Shown one piece after another: positions 53,474 to 64,000 of a stretch of DNA of 64,000 nucleotides. Under the pieces are notes generated by a model that did not search any database, was not told where the DNA came from, and saw only the letters and a list, made by a program, of their open reading frames with translations. Both the position numbers and the translations under genes were made by a program. The stretch lies in contig OZ316776.1 of NCBI GenBank assembly GCA_973851085.1, positions 310,001-374,000 on the forward strand, read 5' to 3'. This DNA is from Ptychomitrium polyphyllum. Its lineage: Eukaryota. The stretch's first letter is position 1. Each line of letters starts with the position of its first letter.

Positions 53474-55079
53474 CTACCCCTTGTAAATAGCATCACGCAC
53501 AGCTTGCACACTATGAACTCGCATGATGTGACCACCTCCAATGGCACCCACAACGTCAGCAGCGATTGTCGCGGCGTCTCTATCTTCCGTCTTCTGCTAT
53601 CCAATAATCTTCCCTAAGAAGTCTTTCCTCGAAGGCCTTATTAACATAGGTCCACGAGCGCTTGCAAGAGAGCACCTTCCTCAGCTCCGGAATGTTACGG
53701 AGAAGCTCAAGATTCTCATCTTCTGTTTTTATGTGTCCAATCTCTATATGTTGAGCAAAAGGAAAACCGAAGTAGCAATGTGCATGCACAAGTCTATCAA
53801 GAAAAACGCATTTAAAGAAAAATTAGGACTTCAAATTCGTACGCCAAAAGAGGCTAAACAGATTGAAAAAAAGACTCATAAGCAAGATGTGAGCATTCAC
53901 ATGAAAACCTAACTTCTAAGGCTGCGAGTCACTTCCCACCATCGGAGAAGCTGTCCGGAGTAAAATTCAAGATCCCCATGATGTGTGTCCTCCCCGCCCA
54001 CTCTAAGAGCTTTCTCCCCACTGGAAAAACCGTGCGCAAGCCCTCTTTCTCAACGCTTGCCTCACCACCAATTTCACTCCACGCTCTCGCCAGGTCTTCT
54101 CTGATTGCAGTGTGCTTGGACCAGTGATTTGGAGACTCCAAATCTCGAGTCGTCAATAAACTGACCAAAGGAGCCATCACAAATGGCCGTTCCATGCATC
54201 TTGGATGCGGAATCTGCAATGTCTCCGTGTTGACGGTCTGGTTTGCATAGAAAATTATATCCAAGTCTACTGGTCTTGGCCCGTATCTGCGCTTCCAATA
54301 CCTCCAACATCGTCAACAGATCAAAAGCCGCCTAGCAGACAACATCACAACATCATATGACAAGGTACAGCATTACGGCGCCGAAGACGACATCGCCATT
54401 GACGGCTGTGATATACTCTCACTCAATTCACAGTCTCTCAGTATATTACTAAAAGAACATACCAAATGTGCATCAACGTCTGATTCAAAAGCAAACATAA
54501 CTCCACAGAAAAGCAAGGACCAAGGCAATCTAGAGCACACCTTAAGCCACCAAAGTTCCTGCCGATTTCACTCTCAATCTGCTTGAGAGTTTTCAAGAGC
54601 TCATCTGGGCTAAGCTTGGTTACGGCAGCTACAGCCGAGTTGAGGTAGAAGGGCTGGTCTGTAACGTACGCAGGATCGCTCTCATATAGGCACGCATGTC
54701 TAACCACTTGAATCCCCGCTTGACGCATGCACTCCAAAGCGTGGCTCAAGTTCTGTACACGGTCAACCACGTTGCCACCAAGCGCGATGAATACCAACTT
54801 ACCCTGGGGGCAAATATCCTGGACCAGAAGCTCCGATGTAACACCAGCCGCTTCAGGGGTGGAGGAGAACGAGGCAAGGTACTTCGTCCTCGAGCTGCAG
54901 ACGGGCCGGGAGCAAAGGAGTCCAAGCCTCCTTCGACTACCCTGGCTCCCACAATCGCGCCTCATGGATTCCCAACTGACTACCCCGTCGTCGTCGTCAA
55001 TGCTCATGCGGAAGAATATGAAATACCGCTGCGAGATCTTTCCCTTTCCTCGAGGTCAAGCCCACCTCAACATTACCAT
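53474..55079 (-). pseudogene. Bifunctional HPPK-DHPS (FolK-FolP) pseudogene lacking the central DHPS segment
   Basis: Exon 55079-54541 (IALGGNV.DR, LYESDPAYVTDQPFYLNSAV, LKQIE..IGR); exon 54286-53933 ([36 protein letters not shown]); C-terminal relic ~53748-53474 (PSRK.FLG, RDAATIA, GGGHIMRVH). Lesions: TGA at codon 8 after the 55079 ATG, a frameshift near 53661, TAG near 53598, and missing middle exons. Confidence 0.92.
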
Positions 55080-56520
55080 GAATTCCCTCTGGTTTTGACT
55101 GCTGAAAAACAGTGTGAATGCGTCAACATAACGTTGTGAAATTAAGGATTGGCCAATGTACCCGAATATGGCGTTCTTTCGACTACCTGCAGATCGTCTT
55201 ATCTGACCGGGAAACAGACTACTGACTTCGCCAAATTTTTGCTGCTCAACATCTAGAATTTACCAGCCAGACCCAGACCATGTGCCCATTCGCCCACGAG
55301 ATGCATGCGATCGAGAGCGACACCACGAGGGATTTGAGAAAACTACCACATTTGCCATTATATGCCATCCTTGCCACCAAAAGACTCGGACTGCACCTTA
55401 AATAATCTTCCAAGGTGTTCAAACTTCTTCATATAATATATCCCTACATACTCAGAAATTTATGATTCTGGAATGATACACCAAGCTGCCTCACCACAAA
55501 TGACATGACGCGGTGTCGCTTCCCCAGGAGTTCACTATAGAGCCTGACATATCCGCGACTTCGTCAAGATGTACTGTGCAGCGCTTCACTGCCTGTAATG
55601 GAGCCGCTGAAAGGGGTTTGTGACTCGCATACGTTGAAGTTGGGGGCAGGGGGGGCACGGCTAGGACTGGGTCTCCCAGCTCTACTTGACTTCGGTACGA
55701 CGCGGAAACAGGTCGGCGCCTTAACGGAAACGCATTGAGAACAATCCACGGGAGTCTGCACGCGACGAAAGACGCACAGGTTTCGGGTCCCGTTGCTTCA
55801 CAGTGGCTGCCTTGCCTTGCCACTGTATTCCATTCTTCGAAGTTGGCTGGGCTGGGTCACCGTCAACCCTACTCTTGAAAGGACAATTTAATTTTTGTTT
55901 ATTAAACGACTTCCACTTGAGAAAATCAGACTTCCAACAGGTTTCTAAAAAAATTGTATGGACACAGTATGGTAAAAAGTTATGGACGTTCAAAATTTGG
56001 GAAGCCTAGGAGCTTAGCTCACTTTGTTCCATGTAATTAACATGTTTCCTGAAGAATGTGTTGTGTGAAATTTGTAATCATGCTATAAATTCAAGGTATT
56101 TTGCTTTGGATGGAGTATATGACTTTGAAAATTCAATGCTAAAACTATACACTAAACTTTTACATAGTGTCTTATTATGATAAAAAAGAGACCTATATCC
56201 AATGTATCTATGACATATCTTAGAATATGTTAATTTTGGAATGTGTTTGTTTATATTTCTACCCTCATATTAAATTGATTATTATTAATAAACGAGCATT
56301 ATAAAAAACGTATGCATTGCCTTGGTATTGAATTCTTTACTTTAACAATTAAAAGTAATTATTTTATGAGATTTTACTTAAGTAGCATTGAAGTACTTAA
56401 AGCCGGACATTGGGATCAACAACCCTGCAAGGGAGAATTTAGATGGAAGTCTATCACCAGAGGTTGGAGCAAAGTCCAAAGAAACGTTGCTCCCCAGACG
56501 CTGCTAACCGACCCCATCCT

Positions 56521-56529
56521 AAACCCTAA
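56521..56529 (+). promoter_or_regulatory. Telo-box in the divergent HPPK-DHPS/GCH1 intergenic region
   Basis: AAACCCTAA about 500 bp upstream of the GCH1 ATG. Confidence 0.3.
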
Positions 56530-57021
56530 ACCTGGTCGCAGCTTGAAATGATCTTGCCTGGTCTGCTTACTAGGCGCTCAAGGTCCCGCGATCGCTGCTT
56601 CTGCATTTGAGGCACCCTCCTTGTTTATCTGATGTACCTGTTTCACCTGATTTTTGTGTCCACGCTCACACGCAAATTGTGAGCTTGGTTTTTTCATGTT
56701 TCTGCATCATAATGACAAAGACTGAGGCTGGAATGATGGTGTCGTAATCTCGTATTGAGCCGAAGCTTTCATATAAATATCAAGATCCAAATGAGGTTTT
56801 ACGAAGCAAAACCAGTTGCAGTGATTACACTCATATGGGATGTTGTGATGTCTATGGTCGCCTTTGCGTATTGATATTGTTTGTATACCCTTCAGCAATG
56901 TCATTCAGAGAAGTGAACTCTTTGATTGCGATAAAGTTTGGCGATCCGAGGCGCTACTCTGTTGTTCGGACCACATGTAAAAAGGGGACTGGACGAGTCA
57001 TCAAAATCTAGGTACGTGAAG

Positions 57022-59316
57022 ATGGGAGCTGAGTCTCATGTGTTGCAGTTGGCGTCCGAGCCGATGAACGTGCTCTGCAATGGTGGGATCTGCGAACATC
57101 ATAGCGACAGTTCAGACATTATTTCTAACGATGACGAGCCTTACAAACCTCCCCGAAATAATGGCGGCTGTGACGGTGCTGCTTGAGGGCCTTGGCGGAG
57201 TTCCGAAACGTGATGGCCTACTAAGAACTCCCTTCAGAGTTGAGAAATATATACCTATGGTTGCGTCCCGGAACGCTTTAGCTTGTATTTGACTTAGAAC
57301 CCATAGCGTTTGATAAGTTCCCCTACAATACTGTCGGTAACAGCTGTGCAGAATCGACGCCGCAACCAGTTGGGAATCGATCCTCATGGCACTTCCGGTC
57401 CCTCTTATACAAATTTTCAACCTATTATCCAACAGTGTACATGAATGCGGTTCAAGAGAAGTAAACAGGACAAAGATAAGTTTCCTGCTGAGTTGCCACG
57501 TGAGTTACATCCCTACACGGGAGCGGGTTGTTGTGAGCTTGCTCGGGTAGCTGAGATTTACGCAAAACGGCTTCAGAGCCCTCAACGGTTTGTTGATGAA
57601 CTGGCACAAGCTTTCACAGATACTTTAAAGCCATTGGCTGTTGCTGTGGTGTCAGCGAGTTGGCATGCAATGACCAGGTATGTCTACTTCCTCTCCTCAT
57701 CAAATCGATGTGAATGTACTATGTAGACCTGATTTCACCTGATAGTTCTTGTTTTCCCGCTGGTCATTAATATTAAGCAATAATTTACAGCAGAAAATGC
57801 AGATGCTTCGGAGAACCGGATTAATGGAGACTTAAGCAAAGAGACAGAACCGTGCCAGAAGAGGCCAATTCGAAGACAAATCAGCAGGAGACTTACTATG
57901 GAACGAGTTTATGGGGATCTTGGCACTAGAAGGCACCAGTGGTAAGTACCCCATGCAGCTGATTCAAATGGTGATCTACACGGGCGTGACGACCCACACC
58001 ATACATGTCCTGTCTCCGAGTTCGATGCCGAATTCCTTGCGGGTATCGGTAGTCAAGACTTGCTGCAATCCAAGCTGCTAGCTAGCAACGGTCATGGAGA
58101 GTCACAATTTCGTCCCAATGGAGTGAATGCATTAGCAACACACAGCCCCAATCTAATAAATGCAGTAAAAGATCTCCTGCGTTGGTTGGAGATGATCCGA
58201 GTCGACCCCTAGTGCGCATGACACCTTGTCGCTTCGTTGGATGGCTTTGGACTTCCACTTAAGGCAGCCGTTCGCCAGTACCGAAAGTTAAGTACTTGGA
58301 GTTTCACCGCAGTCCAAAGAGCAGAACGGATTGGATACCACCCACGGAGCCGGGCTAACTGTAACAACTATCCGCTGTGGAGTGGGAATTATTGTAGGCG
58401 AATTCGACCTTGAATTTGATCTCATATTATAGAACTAAAGCTAGATAAAAATGTACGAAATCGTCTTGACCAAATATAGTGGAATGTACGCTAAAATTTG
58501 TCTGCTCAGAGATTGTGTGCTGGTATGCCAAAATAGCTCCAGGAACCATAGCACATAGTGTTGATTTGTTTGGGCATTCTTTAGTGGTGGCTTCGCAAGC
58601 ATAGAAGCTGAGGAGTAAATTGTGTCTCACTCACGTAACCTGTCTCACATGGCAGGGTAGCGCGGGAGGCAGTAAATCGAGGAGTGCACATCATCAATGA
58701 CATATCAGGAGGTTGTTGGGATCCAGAAATGATACCACCGGTTGCAAATTTGAGAGTTTCTTTGGTTATGATGCACATGCCAGGAGCACCGGCTATTTTA
58801 CAATGTAAGCCAAACGAGGGTTATGGCGATGTCGTGGAGGCTCTTCGGCAGAGCAAGGCTAAAGCAACCCATGACAATGTCGGTGTTGAAGTTGGACAAG
58901 AGATTGGATTGCAAGTGCAAAGAGCAGAGGCTGCCGGAATTCCTGCATGGAGGATCATCACGGACATAGTGTCATTCCATTCGCAGTGCGAACATCACCT
59001 GCTACCCTTTCTGGGATAGATTCCTGTCGGATACCTGGTGGGACGGGAGGAAGCTCGGCGTCTTGACAGGATAAGCCTGCAAAGGATAGTTAAAAATTAC
59101 AGCAATAGATTACAGGTGCAAGAACGATTGACACGTCAGATTGCAGAAGCAGTGGGAGGATCGGTGATGGTGGTGGTGGAGGCGAATCACATGTGCATGC
59201 TTTCTCGCGGCGTTCAGCAACATACTTCGGATACCGTCACATATGCTTCCCTCGACTCCTTCGCTATTAACATCCCCGCTCGCACCGCATTCTTGCAGCT
59301 TGTTAGTGCTCACTAA
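57022..59316 (+). pseudogene. GCH1: Plant two-domain GTP cyclohydrolase I (FolE) pseudogene
   Basis: MGA start at 57022. Domain 1: AVTVLLEGLG..RDGLLRTPFRV, SCHVSYIP..RVV, ARVAEIYAKRLQSPQR. Domain 2: NAVKDLL..GDDPSR..MTP.RF, SFHSQCEHHLLPF, RLQVQERLTRQIAE, VVVEANHMCMLSRGV. Frameshifts near 57150, 57530 and 58185, TAG at 59017, and a foreign insertion at ~58409-58968. Confidence 0.92.
58656..58968 (+). pseudogene. Displaced DHPS exon fragment inside GCH1
   Basis: After a CAG acceptor at 58653-58655 it reads VAREAVNRGVHIINDISGG..DPEM..MMHMPG..RAEAAGIPAWRIITD, the central DHPS barrel motifs (INDISGG, MHM.G, GIPAWRII.D). Confidence 0.9.
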
Positions 59317-60193
59317 TCTTATGAATGGCGTGCTGTTAAAGCCTTCCGAGCTGTGTAGAATACTAGACCGATTTTGTCTACATGTAGCAGTTGGTGTCAA
59401 CACCTTAATTATCTTCAATCATTGTTTACAAATAAGTGGCAAGATTATATCCATGGTTTGTAATCGTACAACTTCGACATTAATCTAGTTGCCTGTTTTG
59501 TGATCTCATAGTGTTTCGAACAATCTCATGTCATTTCTATTTACGATAGGATTGTATACTTCAATATTATAAGGTGTCAGTCACATTTATTGGCAGACGT
59601 ATTTAAATGCATGCGCTCTAGCTCACTCATCCACTTTCTGAAGAAGAGTTTACATATGAATCGAACGTGTCTAGTATATGGGAAAAATAACCTGTGTTCG
59701 CAATTTTGCCTCCTACGTAATCAGAATCGGTACGCAAACGAGAAACGTTCCAACAAACAATAAAGAGAATATTCAATCACCCGTAAGGAAACTTCTGTGT
59801 GCAAACCTCCAGTTTTTGAGAAAGTGAATCAAAGTGAATCGAAGTGCCATTTTAAATGATCATTAAAGAAACGTTCACTATTCAAAGGAGAAATGCAATA
59901 GGAAATATGTTCAATTTGATATCTTGTGTACAAAAACTATACCATAAAATGCATAAAGTTGCAATTTCCTGCAACTGCCGACATAGCGGTGGTAAAATTT
60001 CTCAGTCTAGCGATCGCAACAATTCCTCTTAAACCAATCCCTGCATATCCTGACCTTGTAACGCACTGTGCGCTAGTCACTATGTAACTCTGTTGAAAGG
60101 ATAAAAATGACATCTTCCAGCAGAATCACTATAATGGGAAACATTACAGATATTCTGAAACCTCCCAATGAAGGTACACAAAGAAACTTCTCC

Positions 60194-63100
60194 TTAAGTT
60201 CCTTTGCCGTCTTTTACTTTACCAATCCTGCAAACAAAGAGAAAATATCGGTATTAAAACAAGTGAACTTTTTCCAGCCACGAACTGCTCCGAAGTTTTT
60301 GATTACATGTCAACAACAGTACACTTCAAATATCCTCACTTTTACTACTGCATATACTTGGAAATACCAGTTAGATTCTTAATACAATCTTTACATTCTC
60401 CAAAGAATCACTGCCTGCTTGAGGATTTTCGTTATCAATCACAATCCTGGACCCTTTACGTAAAACAAAATTACACAAATATAGAATACATCTTAGTTCT
60501 CAAAAAAATGGCAAGCCAGACAATGAATACATTACGCTATTTACATATGATCCAAACTCTTGAGCCAGATTTTAGCTCCCAAAAATATAAAATGAAGTTC
60601 AAGCCATAGTCCTACAAGACAAATATCGATGCTATACAACAGTATGCATAAACGTAGCTGCTACGGTCTTACTGAGCATACATGCTTCAATGAATTTACA
60701 ATGCCTACAACACTCATTACAAGTACACAAGTATTGATCCCTTTCAGAGCTTTACCTGAAGCAATGGATGCCAAGCGCCTCTGTAATTTCCTGAATAACA
60801 CTGACAGCAAAGTGGCCATAAAGTGAAACTGCACACAATTCAGCAAATAAAAAATCTCAGTAGGCGCCGTCGTCATAGGTGAAGAGCAAGTCTTTCGAAC
60901 ATGAACGGCATTTGAGCAGCTAGCATGTGTCGGAAAAATCTAAAATACAAAAATCAATACTCAGTCATAAAATCATTTGTAACCCTGCTGAAGCTTTAAG
61001 AGTTAATCCTATTCTTACTCAAGCCCTCCAGCTATTCAGAAGTAAATATCAACCGAGGATGGAAAAGATTGACTCATACCTGTAAAAGCACAGTAGCCAA
61101 CCAGGACCCAAGTCTCGTCCACAAGAGGTTTACTGCGGTCAGAAATTCAATCACACCTTGTAAATGAAGATCTCAGGAGACAAAAAATCAAATAGGAGGA
61201 CTCCATAGTTATCGAATCCTCCAAAACATGCAAACTCAGAAATACAGTTTAATTCGATTCATCATAATACTACGGTTCACAAGCCCCCTTAACATTGACA
61301 ATCCATTTAAACTACTCAGACAAGTAAAAGTAAATGTATCAGAAGGCTCACCCATCAAAATATTGTGCAGACAGTGCATTGCTAATTGCAAAAGGTAGGT
61401 ACAACAAAGCCTGTTGAAACAAAGTACAACTTAGTGACCAACACCTGGAACGGATTTTTAATTTCACTTCAAATCTTCACTATATATTATAAAAATTGAA
61501 TCACTCTTAATGTTTACTTAATCGTGTTATTAACATTATTGAGAAATTAGTATATATAAAGAATGCATTCTAATCCAGCTTCATTTTGAGCAAGTTAAAT
61601 TTTACTTGAACACATCTTTAGGCCAGTGCAAAGACTGGGCTGCACTTTACCTCCAAGCCACGCACAATATGAACCGCAAATTCATTTCCCTGATTCGTGA
61701 TCTAAGAGCCGTGGAAAGTATTGGAGCTTTAGCAATTACTTCGGACGATTCTATAATCACTATGTTTTGCGCTGCCTTACGATTTGTCACTACAAAAATT
61801 AGACACTAAAATATGTGAACTTCGACGAGATGAGTTATATGTACCGACCAATCTAAGACAATTGAAAACAGAATACGAAAAAATACAACTACGCTAATTT
61901 CGCACTAAATGATCGAGATTAAGATACTAGTACGTACTGTGCACATTCCTGTCTTCAGACCCTTGGGCTCTTCACACAAATGTGCAAGAATTAGCCGGCC
62001 CTGCCACTCACAAGCCCACCCATTACCAGAGCTATCATGGAATCCTCGTTTCACTTTGAAACTTTCTCGCCGAGAACAATACCCAAAGACAATGCATGTT
62101 CGGTCGTTCCACAACAAGAGACAAGGAACACCAACTGATAACGAACAGGACCCCAATACAGGTCTGTTAGCTCAGCGTTGACCTTTCCATAACCTGACTG
62201 ACAAGAAAGCACAAGACTAAAGGCAATAAGTACAAAAGCATACCACTAGGTAAGCAAAGGCAAAGCCAGTGCCCATGATAAGCAGATGTGGTTGGTTTCT
62301 GATGACATCTGCTGGTGATACCCACCCCCTGCACAAGATTCAACAGAAGTTGATGGGATCAGGAATAGTTGTGCTAAGTACCATTACAACAAACGACTTC
62401 CATTAAACGCATGTTAACAATTCTGCTGAAATTCCACCTAGCATAAACTTTAAATGAAGAGCTGCTGCAAGCCAACAATATCGTGAGCTCAAGCAAGTGA
62501 CGTACCAGAAAATAACTCCTCCCACAAGAGTCCAAAAAGGCAGGAGCTGGAAAGGGAACATGCGACAAAAATATTTTTTTATCAGTAATGTAAATCATAT
62601 CTGGAGAAGATTTGAAATTCTTTTGGCAATCTTCAGAAGCATACCAACCGACAATATTAGTTACAATCCGGTTCCAGAAAGCTTATAAAACAACTCCTAT
62701 CCTTTCAAGAACTCTCTAAAAATTAAAGTTCCCATGCCTGCTAATCCTAAACATCCATATTTGACATAGAGGCACTTGGGAAAAATGGTTTAGAAACTTG
62801 CCATCGCCAGTGCTGTCCTAAAGCTTGTACCCCTTCCCCTCACCACTTTGTGAACGTTGACAAAACTACACCAAGCAATGAAAATTGAATGAGTGAACAA
62901 TCCAGCAATTCGTCCATCTTACTGAACCAAATTAATGATCCACAAAATGCAGGTATAAGAGTAGGCAATTGGGGAACAGCTTACTTGTAACCCACGGTAG
63001 GGAGAACAGCCACCGACATCATCAGAAAAATGACAACCACCGTTACAGATACATCTACACAATATTTGCGAATTAACATATAGTCAGTTATAAGTCAACA

Positions 63101-64000
63101 TATAATTAGCTATCTCCCAGAAATGCACTTAAAAACCCACCATCATAACGCCATGACTCTTAGAGGACCTTGAGATCTTACCAGGTACAAATGGAACCAT
63201 CCCCAGACCGGGAATGGCCTTCCTGATGCTTTGTGTCCACCACATAGGACCTGTACAAGCGATGGATATTCAGAAGCAGAAAATCGTAAGGTTCTACAGT
63301 ATTCCGGAATCCTAAATAAACAACTATTGAGCGGCAACAAGAAATTGGCAATACAATATCGAATTTCTTATGTACGCATGTAAGCTGATGAGATGAAAAG
63401 GGTCATCGTCAAAAGAAGCTATACCAACAATTGCAGTGAAAATGTGAGCCAGATAAATGAGCATCAGCCCTTCAGTAGGGCCGTTGATTTCTGGAAGAAT
63501 GAGTGTGTCCGTGAAGAAACTGTACATGAGCCAACATCCACCACAAAAATGACAACCTATCACTGAGAGGTTCTAAAGAAACTCGAAATGTGGGTATTCC
63601 AAACTATGTTTTCTAAGGTCCATGTACCCCCACAGCAACCCCAAAAAAACAACAATAAATACTTGCAAAAAAGGGTACCAAGCATGGATAAAGGTTTTAC
63701 CTTTCCCAAGTGGCACCGTAGAATGGGATGGTAGCAATCACCCAGAACCAGAATGACAACTTGCCACTCATCACAGAAGATGCAAAAGCCATGGTCTCGA
63801 ACTGTCAAGTAACAATCATGCAGAACATTAGTAAGAATTACAATATAATACCACAATATAACATTAAGTCGATGCAAACCTTCATAATTAACTCCACTTA
63901 ATGTGTTAAAAATTCTCGGCAACTAATTTCACATCACGAGTCATGTTGCCAAATAGCAGCACTCATAAAGTGTAAAAAATATATAATCCGGAATGTGTTA
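60194..64000 (-). CDS. AAPT: Aminoalcohol (choline/ethanolamine) phosphotransferase, 3' portion; gene continues beyond the window
   Basis: Exons read FETMAFASSVMSGKLSFWFWVIATIPFYGATWE, FFTDTLILPEINGPTEGLMLIY, LLPFWTLVGGVIFW, PHLLIMGTGFAFAYLV, GRLILAHLCEEPKGLKTGMC, ALLYLPFAISNAL, LYGHFAVSVIQEITEALGIHCF and a last exon 60227-60194 (IGKVKDGKGT*). Confidence 0.92.

Noticed and set aside
44846..59316. Horizontally acquired bacterial fol operon
   Set aside because: Genes lie on both strands, have spliceosomal introns and show plant-type fusions and tandem domains.

Overview
This is eukaryotic land-plant DNA with spliced genes and AT-rich intergenic stretches; a moss such as Physcomitrium/Funariaceae is my inference, not something the sequence proves. 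In order: a 5'-truncated LPA1 gene with many substitutions at conserved sites; a full-length but decayed Ty1/copia retrotransposon (8068-13616; AAGAC TSD, half-tRNA-iMet PBS, TG..TA ends); a Dof transcription factor; VPS37; a 5.6-kb array of a 36-bp minisatellite with higher-order structure; an 8-exon gene of unknown function; a 957-aa Ser/Pro/Cys-rich orphan ORF; dihydroneopterin aldolase (intact); a NARA5-like pfkB kinase; an mL40 pseudogene; HPPK-DHPS and GTP cyclohydrolase I pseudogenes lying head-to-head; and the 3' part of an aminoalcohol phosphotransferase gene. The main finding is that GCH1, DHNA and HPPK-DHPS, the pterin-branch enzymes of folate synthesis apart from the dephosphorylation step, lie within about 14.5 kb. 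In addition, part of the DHPS segment missing from the HPPK-DHPS gene sits inverted inside the neighbouring GCH1 gene. Family assignments come from recalled motifs and manual translation; no database search was run.
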